NCBI GenBank assembly: GCA_043771335.1
Contig: JAYVHM010000007.1
Coordinates: forward strand, 3,625 to 67,624
DNA from: a bacterium
GTDB lineage: Bacteria > Patescibacteriota > Minisyncoccia > Phycocordibacterales > UBA5272
DNA length: 64,000 nt
Reading direction: 5' to 3'
Shown: positions 1 through 9,447 of the stretch, in pieces
Layout of the letters: the number at the start of each line of letters is the position of its first letter
Position numbering within the stretch: the stretch's first letter is position 1
Notes under the pieces: generated by a model
The model's input: only the letters and a program-made list of their open reading frames with translations
What the model was told of the DNA's origin: nothing
The model's database searches: none
Program-made: the position numbers and the translations under genes

Positions 1-1
1 A

Positions 2-1174
2 GATCAAAAAAAGTCCAATGTTCCACAGGATGTAGACAAGATAGTTTATACCGTAGCTATTAGTAGTGACAATGAAGAGTTGATGGCTGCTCATCATATC
101 GCAAACAATTCTCCTAAAAAAGTTAAAATATTAACCTATGCCGAGGCACTGGGTGAGATGAGTAATACAAAAAAAGTAATAGCCATTTCTGGTAGTCATG
201 GTAAAACTACAACCACTGCCATGACTTATTTTGCCCTAAAAGAAGCAGGGTTAGATCCAAGTGTGATAATAGGCTCACTTATAAATATAAATGGTTGTAA
301 AACTAATTATGTGCCAAGCAATAGCAAAGATAGTGAGTGGTTAATAATAGAAGCTTGTGAATATAAGAGAAGCTTCATGAACTATAATCCAGAGATTATA
401 TTAGTTACAAATATTGACAATGATCATCTGGATTATTTTAAGGATTTAGATGAGATAAAAACTACTTTCCAAGATTTTGTAAACAAATTAAACATTAACT
501 TAAGTCAAAAATCAGGATCAAAAAAATTAATTACTCATGATTCCGAAAATTATTTACATCTCGAGAATGAGGAAAATGTTATACATTGTAATCAAATAGA
601 ATTGAGCACCATAGAATTATCTGTTCCTGGCTTACATAATAGGAAAAATGCACAACTGGTACTGGCCCTATCAAATGTCTTAGGATTAGAAAATCAAAAA
701 GTAAGACAAGGTCTTAAGAATTTCGTCGGTACATGGAGAAGACAAGAGTATAAGGGTAAGTATTTTGATATGGATTTCTACGATGATTATGCTCATCATC
801 CCAGTGAGATAAAAGCAACTCTACAAGCTTTTAGAGAAAAGTGTGTAGGCAAAAAACTAGTAACCATCTTTCAGCCACATCTCTACAGCAGAACTAAGAT
901 CCTTTTTGATGATTTTTCAAAAGCTTTTACCGATGCAGATGAAGTTATAATTTTGCCTATTTACGCAGCTAGAGAAAAATTTGACGAGACCATTAGCAGT
1001 GACATGTTAGCTCAGGCCCTAAATAATAATGAAGTAAAGGCGACTTTAATAAAAGTGGGAGAAACAAATTATTGGCAGACATTAAAAGATTATATAGAGA
1101 TAAAGGCAGAAAAGGATACTGTTTTTATTACCATGGGTGCTGGTGATGTGTATCATATTTATGATATAATGTAA
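2..1174 (+). CDS. murC: UDP-N-acetylmuramate--L-alanine ligase MurC, 5' partial (frame open to window edge)
   Basis: Mur ligase ATP-binding motif ISGSHGKTTTTAM, NIDNDHLDYF, Mur ligase C-terminal domain; upstream frame has no stop back to position 2. Confidence 0.8.
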   Translation, partial: DQKKSNVPQDVDKIVYTVAISSDNEELMAAHHIANNSPKKVKILTYAEALGEMSNTKKVIAISGSHGKTTTTAMTYFALKEAGLDPSVIIGSLININGCKTNYVPSNSKDSEWLIIEACEYKRSFMNYNPEIILVTNIDNDHLDYFKDLDEIKTTFQDFVNKLNINLSQKSGSKKLITHDSENYLHLENEENVIHCNQIELSTIELSVPGLHNRKNAQLVLALSNVLGLENQKVRQGLKNFVGTWRRQEYKGKYFDMDFYDDYAHHPSEIKATLQAFREKCVGKKLVTIFQPHLYSRTKILFDDFSKAFTDADEVIILPIYAAREKFDETISSDMLAQALNNNEVKATLIKVGETNYWQTLKDYIEIKAEKDTVFITMGAGDVYHIYDIM

Positions 1175-1180
1175 TCAATT

Positions 1181-2452
1181 ATGAAATTATCACAATCTTT
1201 TTCCAAAACCAGTAAGAATATCCCAGCAGATGAGTCTAGCAAAAACGCTCAGCTACTAATACGCGCAGGTTATATACACAAGGAGCTTGCTGGAGTTTAT
1301 TCTTTTACTCCACTCGGATTTAAGACATTGCAAAATGTAATTAGAATTATAAGAGAAGAGATGAATAAAACTGGAGCAGAAGAGATGTTCATGAGCACAT
1401 TACAAGATCCTGAGTTATACAAAAAAACAAATAGATGGGATGATGAAGTTGTTGATGTCTGGTTTAGAACAAAACTTAAAAATGATACAGAGCTCGGTAT
1501 GGGTTTTACTCACGAAGAAGACATAACTAATATCGCCTCTAAATATATTAGTAGTTACAAGGATTTGCCAAAAATGGCTTATCAATTTCAAAATAAATTT
1601 AGAAATGAAACCAGGGCAAAAAGTGGAATAATGAGAACCAGAGAGTTCATAATGAAGGATTTATACACTTTTTCAAAAAGCGAAAAAGAGCATTTGGAAA
1701 TATACGAAGAAATAAAAAAAGCATATATAAATATTTTTAAAAGATTAGGTATGGGTAAGGAGACATTTGTAACCTTTGCCTCTGGAGGAGTATTTTCAAA
1801 ATATTCACATGAATTTCAAACCGTATGTTCTGCTGGTGAGGATGAGATATACATATGTGATAGATTAGGTATGGCCATCAACAAAGAAGTTTTTAATGAT
1901 GAAGTTTTAAATGATTTGGGTATAAAAAAAGATGAATGTAGAATAGAGTTATCGAGTGAGGTTGGTAACATATTTTCACTTGGCACAAAGTTTTCTTCTA
2001 CGCTTGATTTAAGATTTAAGGACGAGCTTGGCGAATCTCATGATGTTATTATGGGTTCATATGGCATAGGTCCAGCGCGCGTTATGGGTGTTATGTGTGA
2101 GCTTATGAGTGATGAAAATGGCCTAGTCTGGCCCCACACTGTGGCACCATACGCGTTACACTTAGTGTCACTGCATAAGGAAGATGGCGACGAAGTTTAC
2201 AATTATGCAAAAGATATATATCAGAAACTTTTAGAAAGTAATGTAGAGGTGATTTGGGATGACAGGAGCGGGGTTGGTACAGGGGAAAAATTGGGAGATG
2301 CTGACTTACTCGGTATTCCTATGCGAGTGCTTGTATCAGCAAAGACAATCTTAGAAGATAGTGTAGAAATAAAAGAAAGAGTTGCTAAAAAAGAAGAAAG
2401 TGAAATAGTAAAAACTACTGCCTTCTTAGAAAGTTACACAAAGAGCTGTTAA
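1181..2452 (+). CDS. proS: Prolyl-tRNA synthetase, bacterial-type N-terminus but lacking the INS editing domain
   Basis: N-terminus MKLSQSF..NIPADE..LLIRAGYI..GVYSFTPLG aligns to bacterial ProRS; class II motifs; 423 aa. Confidence 0.9.
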   Translation: MKLSQSFSKTSKNIPADESSKNAQLLIRAGYIHKELAGVYSFTPLGFKTLQNVIRIIREEMNKTGAEEMFMSTLQDPELYKKTNRWDDEVVDVWFRTKLKNDTELGMGFTHEEDITNIASKYISSYKDLPKMAYQFQNKFRNETRAKSGIMRTREFIMKDLYTFSKSEKEHLEIYEEIKKAYINIFKRLGMGKETFVTFASGGVFSKYSHEFQTVCSAGEDEIYICDRLGMAINKEVFNDEVLNDLGIKKDECRIELSSEVGNIFSLGTKFSSTLDLRFKDELGESHDVIMGSYGIGPARVMGVMCELMSDENGLVWPHTVAPYALHLVSLHKEDGDEVYNYAKDIYQKLLESNVEVIWDDRSGVGTGEKLGDADLLGIPMRVLVSAKTILEDSVEIKERVAKKEESEIVKTTAFLESYTKSC

Positions 2453-2461
2453 TCTATAGTT

Positions 2462-3595
2462 GTGATGTCAATTCAAAACATAGCTTTTCTTTTAATATTA
2501 ATAAAAATAATATTTGTGTATTTTTTATATACAGAAAAAAGTTTTTATAAGTTATTTTTTGCTTCTATAGTTTATGGTTATGCTATGTTTTTCTTTTTGT
2601 ATGGCAGAATACCAAATGACATAACTGGGAATTACAGCCTATTCTCAAATATTTTAATTATATCTTTTCTGATTTTGATACAGGCTATTTTTCATCTATC
2701 TTATCTATTTACCAACTTTGCAAAGAAGATGAAAAAAACTTATATAAAAATATTTTCATTTTCAATACTACTTGTCATCTCTGAACTGTTAATATCTTAT
2801 GGCATGTCTATTGTATTTGCTAAGAGGCTTGCCCTCGATTTTGTTTTTTCAAATACTGGTTTTGCACTTTCTTTTACTCCATTTGTTTATTTTGCAAAAT
2901 ATACACATGTATTTATTCTAACTTTTATATTTGGATTACTTATTGGCTCTTTTTTAGAATCAAAAATACAAAAAAAGTTTCTAATATTAATTACTTTTTG
3001 TTTCTTTTCTATTACTTATTTTAATATGAGTAATTTTCTAAAAAGAGAAGAGAGTAAAAGTTATGCAGAGTTAGAAAAAGTTTTAATAAAAAAAGAAGGA
3101 GCTAGGTGGATAAGGAATGATTTTACAAAATTATATGAAAAAAAATACGATCTCATAATTGACGGTGACATAATAAAAGAAGAAGGGAAAACCTATAACA
3201 CTTCTATTTTTTATGATATTAAAAATGATAAAAAAGTCATAAATTACAAATCTTTTTTGGTGCCATTTGGAGAGTATTTGCCGAGCACTTTTAGCTGGAT
3301 AAAATATATTTATCCAGATGTTTATGAGAAAATGAAAACAGAGCATACATATACAGCAAAAGAAAAAAATGAAGTATTTGTGTATAATGACAAAAAAATA
3401 ATCACCCTCATCTGTTCTGATGCTTGGTCGCCAGCTTCTACCTTAAAAGTAAAAATACAACAACCAGACTTTGTAATATTACAGAGAAGTGACACGGCTT
3501 TTAATTACAGTGATGTTTATGATGCTAACATATTACTCTGGAAGCCAGTAGCTTACAACTTCTTAGAGACAAATGTTTTAGATGTTAACAGATAG
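2462..3595 (+). CDS. Putative apolipoprotein N-acyltransferase (Lnt-like), short form
   Basis: Polytopic N-terminal membrane domain; C-terminal CN-hydrolase-like motifs KSFLVPFGEYLP (Lnt Lys motif) and TLICSDAW (Lnt ICYE Cys motif). Confidence 0.5.
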   Translation: MMSIQNIAFLLILIKIIFVYFLYTEKSFYKLFFASIVYGYAMFFFLYGRIPNDITGNYSLFSNILIISFLILIQAIFHLSYLFTNFAKKMKKTYIKIFSFSILLVISELLISYGMSIVFAKRLALDFVFSNTGFALSFTPFVYFAKYTHVFILTFIFGLLIGSFLESKIQKKFLILITFCFFSITYFNMSNFLKREESKSYAELEKVLIKKEGARWIRNDFTKLYEKKYDLIIDGDIIKEEGKTYNTSIFYDIKNDKKVINYKSFLVPFGEYLPSTFSWIKYIYPDVYEKMKTEHTYTAKEKNEVFVYNDKKIITLICSDAWSPASTLKVKIQQPDFVILQRSDTAFNYSDVYDANILLWKPVAYNFLETNVLDVNR

Positions 3596-3622
3596 TATTT
3601 TATGTTATACTAATAATTAATC

Positions 3623-4027
3623 ATGGAAGATAATATAAATTACGAGATATATACTGAAAATATCTTAGAAAAAGCAAAAGATAAAAGTTTTGATTTACAG
3701 GATTCAGATGATATAGAAAAATATATTTTTGGAAAAGGCGTGAACCCTTCTTGTGGAGACATGGGTCATATGTATGTATTATTAGAAAAGAATGAGCATG
3801 GAGATAGTATAATAAAAAATATAAAACTAAAAAAAGAAGGCTGTGCTATCTCCGTCGCTGGTATGAATATGCTAAGTGAAAAATTAATAGGTCAAAATCT
3901 AGATAATTTTAAAAATATAGTTCCCGGTGACATATACAGTATGCTAGGAATAAGAATATCCCCAAGTAGGGCAGGCTGCGCACTTTTGTGTTATAATGCT
4001 TTTGAGGATTTTCTAAAGAAAATATAA
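3623..4027 (+). CDS. sufU: Fe-S cluster assembly scaffold, SufU/IscU (NifU-like N-terminal domain) family
   Basis: Three conserved Cys in the motifs NPSCGD, GCAIS and the C-terminal CALL; size 134 aa. Confidence 0.75.
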   Translation: MEDNINYEIYTENILEKAKDKSFDLQDSDDIEKYIFGKGVNPSCGDMGHMYVLLEKNEHGDSIIKNIKLKKEGCAISVAGMNMLSEKLIGQNLDNFKNIVPGDIYSMLGIRISPSRAGCALLCYNAFEDFLKKI

Positions 4028-4030
4028 AAT

Positions 4031-4708
4031 ATGTTACAAATTAAAAATCTAAAAGTAGAGAATAATACAGGAATGACTTTGATAGAAGAAGCTTCTTTTA
4101 TTATGAATTTAGGGGAAATAGTGAAGCTAGAAGGTATGAATGGTAGTGGTAAGACGACACTTTTAAATGCTATTTTTAAAAATCCAGACTACAGAATAGT
4201 GAGTGGAGACATTATTTTAAATGAGAAAAGTGTTTTAGGTTTTGAGACTTTTGAGATGGTGAGAGCTGGTATGTATTTAGGTTTACAGTTTTCTCCAGAG
4301 ATACAGGGTGTTAGCACTATAAAGTTTTTATACAAAGCTTTTCAAAACATATACAAAGAAAACAAAAAAAGTATTTTAGACTTTAAAAAAGAATTAGAAG
4401 AAAAATGCGATATGTTTTATTTAGATAAAAGCTTTTTAAGTAAAGATTTGAATTTGGATTATTCTGGAGGACAGAAAAAACAAGCCAGCTTAATATATGC
4501 TCTTGCTCTAATGCCAAAGTATTTATTTTTAGATGAACCAGACAGTGGAGTAGATACTGAGTCTCTTGCTATGGTTTACAAAGTTGTAAATTATATGAAG
4601 GAAAATGGTTCGGCCATATTACTCACCAGCCATAATACTGAAACTGATAATAATTTGAGTTTCGATAGGGTGTATAGAATAGAAAATAAAAAACTAAGTA
4701 TAAAATAA
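4031..4708 (+). CDS. sufC: Fe-S cluster assembly ATPase SufC
   Basis: Walker A GMNGSGKTTL, signature YSGGQKKQ, Walker B LFLDEPDSGVD, H-loop TSHN; overall alignment to SufC. Confidence 0.8.
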   Translation: MLQIKNLKVENNTGMTLIEEASFIMNLGEIVKLEGMNGSGKTTLLNAIFKNPDYRIVSGDIILNEKSVLGFETFEMVRAGMYLGLQFSPEIQGVSTIKFLYKAFQNIYKENKKSILDFKKELEEKCDMFYLDKSFLSKDLNLDYSGGQKKQASLIYALALMPKYLFLDEPDSGVDTESLAMVYKVVNYMKENGSAILLTSHNTETDNNLSFDRVYRIENKKLSIK

Positions 4709-4714
4709 AATTAT

Positions 4715-5035
4715 ATGCAAAAAAATGAATTAAATAAAGAGTTAATTTTAGAGAAATTAAAAAATGTTTTAGATCCTGAGTTAAATATAGACATAGTAAG
4801 ACTAGGACTAATAAGAGACGTATTGGTTGGGGAATATTTTGAAGAGATAAACCAACATGAATTTGTAAAAATTTTAATAACCTTAACTAGTCCCATGTGT
4901 CCATTTTCTGATTATATTATCTCTGAAATAGAAAATAATATATTAGAGATGGGTTGTGGTGACGTGATTGTAGATATAACTTTTGATCCACCATGGCAAT
5001 GCCCAGATGATTTAAAATTAGAAATGGGTTTATAA
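4715..5035 (+). CDS. sufT: DUF59/MIP18-family Fe-S assembly protein (SufT-like)
   Basis: DPEL.IDIV.LGLI ... TLTSPMCP ... FDPPW motifs typical of DUF59. Confidence 0.7.
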   Translation: MQKNELNKELILEKLKNVLDPELNIDIVRLGLIRDVLVGEYFEEINQHEFVKILITLTSPMCPFSDYIISEIENNILEMGCGDVIVDITFDPPWQCPDDLKLEMGL

Positions 5036-5043
5036 AATAAAAA

Positions 5044-5781
5044 CTATTTTATTTTTAATGCTTGGTCTATTACTTTAGAGACATACTTCTCATCACGAGC
5101 GCCATTGATTACTGTTAGTATTCTGTATTCTCTGCCTTCATTAATCAGGACAAAAGTGTTTGGTGTGCCCTGAACACCAACCTCTAATCCATCAGACAAA
5201 TCTTCTTGTACTGCAGCAGCGTAAGTGCTACTTGCCATACAATTATTCCATTTGTTTCTATCTACACCCAAATCCTTTGCCATCTGTTCTAAGCTACTGA
5301 GTTCCAGACTGTCATTGCCATTCGTTGTTTCAAATATTTTTGTTATGTATGCTTTATAAGCATCATTACCACCTATAGATCTGACACAAAGAGTCGCCTC
5401 AGATTCTTTTGGTGCTTTTTTATGTATAGAGAGTGGGAAGTGTCTGTAGGCTATTCCTATACTATCTTTGTATTTAGAATAAATATTTTCCATAGTCTCA
5501 ACATGAAACTTTTTACAAAAAGGACATTCTAGATCTGAGTATTCTACCAGAATCACTTTTCTATTCTTGTTACCGATCATGAATTCTTCTTGTTTTAATT
5601 CTCTCCCAGAAAATATTGTATCAGGGTCTATAAAGTTAGTGTTTTTAACATAATTATTACCAGCAAAAGAATATATAATTGCTATTGCTATTATAATAGC
5701 ACCTGTAGTTATTGCTAAAAAATTATTATTAACTTTCTTTGTTTTTGAGTGTGCCTCACTTTGTGATGTTGTGTGTTCCAT
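5044..5781 (-). CDS. Membrane-anchored DsbA-family thiol:disulfide oxidoreductase
   Basis: N-terminal TM segment, thioredoxin-fold CPFC active site. Confidence 0.7.
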   Translation of the reverse strand: MEHTTSQSEAHSKTKKVNNNFLAITTGAIIIAIAIIYSFAGNNYVKNTNFIDPDTIFSGRELKQEEFMIGNKNRKVILVEYSDLECPFCKKFHVETMENIYSKYKDSIGIAYRHFPLSIHKKAPKESEATLCVRSIGGNDAYKAYITKIFETTNGNDSLELSSLEQMAKDLGVDRNKWNNCMASSTYAAAVQEDLSDGLEVGVQGTPNTFVLINEGREYRILTVINGARDEKYVSKVIDQALKIK

Positions 5782-5814
5782 ATTTTTGTATTATACTTAT
5801 TATACTACATACAT

Positions 5815-6405
5815 ATGAATACTGCTATAAATTTTAAGTCTCTTATCCACTATATAAAAATAATAGTAAAATCTTTATTAGAATTCTTGCCAATATTAAG
5901 TTTTTTTATCATATATGAAGTAACCCATAGAAACTTTTTTGCAGCAACATTTTTCATGATGCTAATGACTATACTTTACACTTTTTACACTTTCCATAGA
6001 GAGAAGCGTTTGCCTTACTTAGCTCTTTTTATATCTTTGGAGACTACAGTTTTTGGTAGCCTAACTTTACTTTTAAGAGACCCTGTCTACATACAGATAC
6101 GTGACACTTCTTATGATCTTGTTTTAGGAACATTAATATTAATAACTGGATATATGAAAACCCCAATAATCAAAAAGTTCTTTGGTCATATTTTTAATTT
6201 AGATATTAATACTTGGGTAAAACTTTCTTATCAATGGGCATTTTTCCTTATTAGTTTCGGACTTACAAATGAAATAGTTAGGAGACACTTTACTGAACCT
6301 TTTTGGGTTAATTATAAATTTTGTGTATTTTCTACTACGATAATATTTGGATTGTATTTATTTTGGAAGTATAGAAAATTAGTTAACAATGTAGATATAA
6401 TATAG
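5815..6405 (+). CDS. yciB: Intracellular septation protein A (YciB/IspZ family) membrane protein
   Basis: Aligns to E. coli YciB (FLPILSFFIIYEV.., VNYKF.. ); start placed at internal ATG 5815 to avoid overlap with the divergent upstream gene. Confidence 0.65.
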   Translation: MNTAINFKSLIHYIKIIVKSLLEFLPILSFFIIYEVTHRNFFAATFFMMLMTILYTFYTFHREKRLPYLALFISLETTVFGSLTLLLRDPVYIQIRDTSYDLVLGTLILITGYMKTPIIKKFFGHIFNLDINTWVKLSYQWAFFLISFGLTNEIVRRHFTEPFWVNYKFCVFSTTIIFGLYLFWKYRKLVNNVDII

Positions 6406-6492
6406 TCAGAAAAAGTTAGTAGCTATACTTTTCCACAGCTAAGATTAGGGTATGGCTATTTTTATCTTTGTGTGTTATACTTTAAATACATT

Positions 6493-6867
6493 ATGAAAAA
6501 ATTGTATGTTGGCGGTCTGCCATTTCGTTTCGAAGATCAGGACCTTGTAGAGCTTTTTGCGCCTTTTGGAAAAGCATCATCTGCAACTATTATTAGAGAC
6601 AGGGCTTTTAACAATAGATCAAAGGGATTTGGTTTTGTTGAGATGGACGGTGCTGAGGCTGATGCAGCTATTGCTGCACTTGACCAAAGTGAACTAGACG
6701 GCAGAAGCCTTACAGTTAACGAAGCTCGCCCAATGGAAGCTAGACCACCTAGAACAGGAGGTTTCAGCCGTGATGGTGGATCTCGCGATTCAGGCTCACG
6801 TGGTGGATTCGGTGGAGGTTCTCGCGGAGGTGACTCACGTGGTGGACGCGACCGTGATTCTTACTAA
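6493..6867 (+). CDS. RRM-type RNA-binding protein with Gly/Arg-rich (RGG) C-terminal tail
   Basis: RNP-2 LYVGGL and RNP-1 KGFGFVEM motifs; C-terminal GGFSRDGGSRDSGSRGGFGGGSRGG repeats. Confidence 0.8.
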   Translation: MKKLYVGGLPFRFEDQDLVELFAPFGKASSATIIRDRAFNNRSKGFGFVEMDGAEADAAIAALDQSELDGRSLTVNEARPMEARPPRTGGFSRDGGSRDSGSRGGFGGGSRGGDSRGGRDRDSY

Positions 6868-6928
6868 TCAGTCTTACTAAAACAATCTTCTTTAATTCTA
6901 ATTTTTGAATTTAAGATAAAAATAAAAA

Positions 6929-6958
6929 GTGACGAACTAAGTTCGTCACTTTTTATTT
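6929..6958 (+). terminator. Rho-independent terminator
   Basis: gtgacgaac-taa-gttcgtcac hairpin followed by T tract. Confidence 0.7.
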
Positions 6959-7026
6959 TACCAATTCACAACTACATTTCTTTTTCTATGCTATAATTAT
7001 TAGTAACAAAAATAAAAATACTAAAC

Positions 7027-7911
7027 ATGAAAAATACAAACAATTCTTTTACTAATTTGTTCGTCTTACCATTTGATCACAGAGCAGGGTTTGCACAGAA
7101 GATGTTAGGTTTCGGAGAGATACTAACTCTAGATGAAAAGAGAATAGTAACTAGTTACAAGCAGATTATATACGAGGCGATATTCAAAGCCATAGACATG
7201 GGCATAGCAAAAGAGCACAGCGCAGTCTTAGTAGATGAAGTGTACGGGTTAGACATTTTAAAAGACGCGAAAGAAAAAGGGTTAATTACAATGCAAACCA
7301 TAGAGAGATCAGGTCAGGACTTTTTTGATTTTGAATATGAAGACTGGAAGGATCATTTGACAAACATAATGCCAAGCTTTGCAAAAGCATTGGTAAGATA
7401 CGATGTCAGTGCTGATAATTCTGAGCAACTTGGTAGATTAAAAAAACTTAGTGATTTTTGTATAGAAAAGAAAATAGGACTACTGATTGAACCATTAATG
7501 CAAAATAAGAATTATGAAAAAGAGGTTTATGATAATGAATATAGGTGTTTGGATTTGAATAAAATGATATTAGAAATGCAAGATTTTGGCATAGAGGCGA
7601 ATATTTGGAAAATAGAAGGTCTCTACAAAAAAGAACAATACGTTGAAGTTGTAAAAACTGCAAGAAACACCAAAGAGAGGAATGATGTGGGTATTATAAT
7701 ACTTGGCAGAAATGAAAGTAAAGAACATGTAAATCAGTGGATAGTCGCTGGACGTGATGTAGATGGAGTCGTAGGATTTGCAGTAGGTAGAACTATTTTT
7801 TGGGAGCCGCTAATGAAATACAAAAATGCAGAGATTAGTCGTGGCATGGCAGTAGAAGCTATAGCTAGTGACTATTTTGAATATTATAAATTATTTAAAC
7901 ACTTAGAATAA
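7027..7911 (+). CDS. Class I aldolase, tagatose-1,6-bisphosphate aldolase (LacD)/DUF2090-like family
   Basis: LFVLPFDHRAGF and SAVLVDEVYGL align to LacD ISALAFDQRGAL / SSILLDPEYGL; C-terminal GFAVGRTIFW like LacD GVLCGRATW. Confidence 0.6.
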   Translation: MKNTNNSFTNLFVLPFDHRAGFAQKMLGFGEILTLDEKRIVTSYKQIIYEAIFKAIDMGIAKEHSAVLVDEVYGLDILKDAKEKGLITMQTIERSGQDFFDFEYEDWKDHLTNIMPSFAKALVRYDVSADNSEQLGRLKKLSDFCIEKKIGLLIEPLMQNKNYEKEVYDNEYRCLDLNKMILEMQDFGIEANIWKIEGLYKKEQYVEVVKTARNTKERNDVGIIILGRNESKEHVNQWIVAGRDVDGVVGFAVGRTIFWEPLMKYKNAEISRGMAVEAIASDYFEYYKLFKHLE

Positions 7912-7915
7912 GTCT

Positions 7916-8410
7916 TTATATTAATTTAGATATATATTCCCCAACAAAATAAGCGACAGATGCAGAGACAGAGCATATGATAACTGATTGCAGTATGGTT
8001 ACTAATTTGTTCCTGTTCAAGATTCTCCCACGCAAATAACCAATCAGAACAAAAGTTGATATAGTTAAGAGCGTAGACACGAGGAATATATTTTTATTTC
8101 CAATATTTTTCAGTGAATACAAAAAAGGGATTAGTGGTATTGAACCTATTAAAACAAAAGATAAGAATGTGCTAATTGCATTTTTAAAACTCTCCATTTT
8201 TTTATTATGCACTTTTGAATCTTCTGACAAGTAGTCAGCCGAGGCCATAGAAAATCCATCTGAGAATAAGTTAGCTAGTCCAAGTATAATTACTATGCGA
8301 GGAGGTAAGCCAGCACCGAGGGCTCCAGCCATAACAGAAAATGTAGTTACTGCCCCGTCACTACCTCCGTACACCATACTTGGTAAGTATTTTTTTATAT
8401 TGTTTTGCAT
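7916..8410 (-). CDS. VIT1/CCC1-family Fe/Mn transporter
   Basis: YGGSDGAVTTFSVMAG motif and multi-TM topology. Confidence 0.7.
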   Translation of the reverse strand: MQNNIKKYLPSMVYGGSDGAVTTFSVMAGALGAGLPPRIVIILGLANLFSDGFSMASADYLSEDSKVHNKKMESFKNAISTFLSFVLIGSIPLIPFLYSLKNIGNKNIFLVSTLLTISTFVLIGYLRGRILNRNKLVTILQSVIICSVSASVAYFVGEYISKLI

Positions 8411-8572
8411 GATTTATTTATTACATATAATTATAACATAGACACAAAGCATTTCTTACTACTTTACTTTTATGCACCATGATAGTGTTATAAGTGGGGG
8501 TAAGTTCCTTGCAGGGGATAGTAAATTTTTTGTATAATTAACTTATTATAAGTAATTAATATAGACAAAAAT

Positions 8573-9379
8573 ATGAATCCAGAAAATCAAGCACCAAAGC
8601 CAGAATTATCAGCAAAACATAAAAGTAACATAAAGAATTCTCTCTATACAAAAAAGACAGAACTTGAAAAATTAGAAAAAGACCTGAAATACGTAACAGG
8701 AAAAGCCAATAAAGCTGAATTAGAAGACAAAATAATTAAGCTTGAAGGAGAGATAAGGATAAATGAGGAAGAAGGAAAAATTACAAGAGCAAACGATAGA
8801 AATTTTGAAGCTCGCATGAGTTTTGATCAGGCTCAGATTAGCGCATTAGATGATTTTGTTAAATACGCCAAATCAGAAAAAGGGTCAGACCAGCTAAAGG
8901 CCATGGGAGTTATCTACAGATCAATAGATGATGGGAAAAATGATCTTATGGCTAAAAATTCTTTTGATAGTTTTATAAAAGCGTACAGAGCTGAGAGGAA
9001 AAAAATAATAATAAAACAAGATGTCACTGATTTAGATAATTATGTCCTAAGATATGAAAAAGCTTTTGGATTAGAGAGTAAGCCTTTTATAAGTGAGCAA
9101 GAAAAGAAAGAGAGTTCACAGAGAGAGGCCAGTCTAAGCCATAAAGATTCTCAAGAATTTGTTAAAAACACCCTTGTCACCATAAGAAACATGGAACAGA
9201 ACCTTTTAGAGGCTAAAGCTAGGGCGCCAAGAAAGATATTAGGAGGATTAGATACAAAAGAAACACAGCCAATAGAGGACGAGATTGCATCATTAAAAAG
9301 AAAACTTGCCATTGCCGTATCTTCCGCAGCTAGTGATTATTTAGGTGTGCATATAAATTATTCAGACATAGGAGCGTAA
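8573..9379 (+). CDS. Hypothetical coiled-coil protein
   Basis: Long ORF, K/E-rich predicted coiled coils, no recognised motif. Confidence 0.5.
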   Translation: MNPENQAPKPELSAKHKSNIKNSLYTKKTELEKLEKDLKYVTGKANKAELEDKIIKLEGEIRINEEEGKITRANDRNFEARMSFDQAQISALDDFVKYAKSEKGSDQLKAMGVIYRSIDDGKNDLMAKNSFDSFIKAYRAERKKIIIKQDVTDLDNYVLRYEKAFGLESKPFISEQEKKESSQREASLSHKDSQEFVKNTLVTIRNMEQNLLEAKARAPRKILGGLDTKETQPIEDEIASLKRKLAIAVSSAASDYLGVHINYSDIGA

Positions 9380-9409
9380 ATATTCCCTATTAAAAAACTT
9401 ATATAAGAT

Positions 9410-9435
9410 AGCACATTCTACTCGTGGAATGTGCT
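9410..9435 (+). terminator. Hairpin (putative terminator of upstream gene), weak T tract
   Basis: agcacattc / gaatgtgct 9-bp stem, 8-nt loop. Confidence 0.35.
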
Positions 9436-9447
9436 ATAATTATTTGT

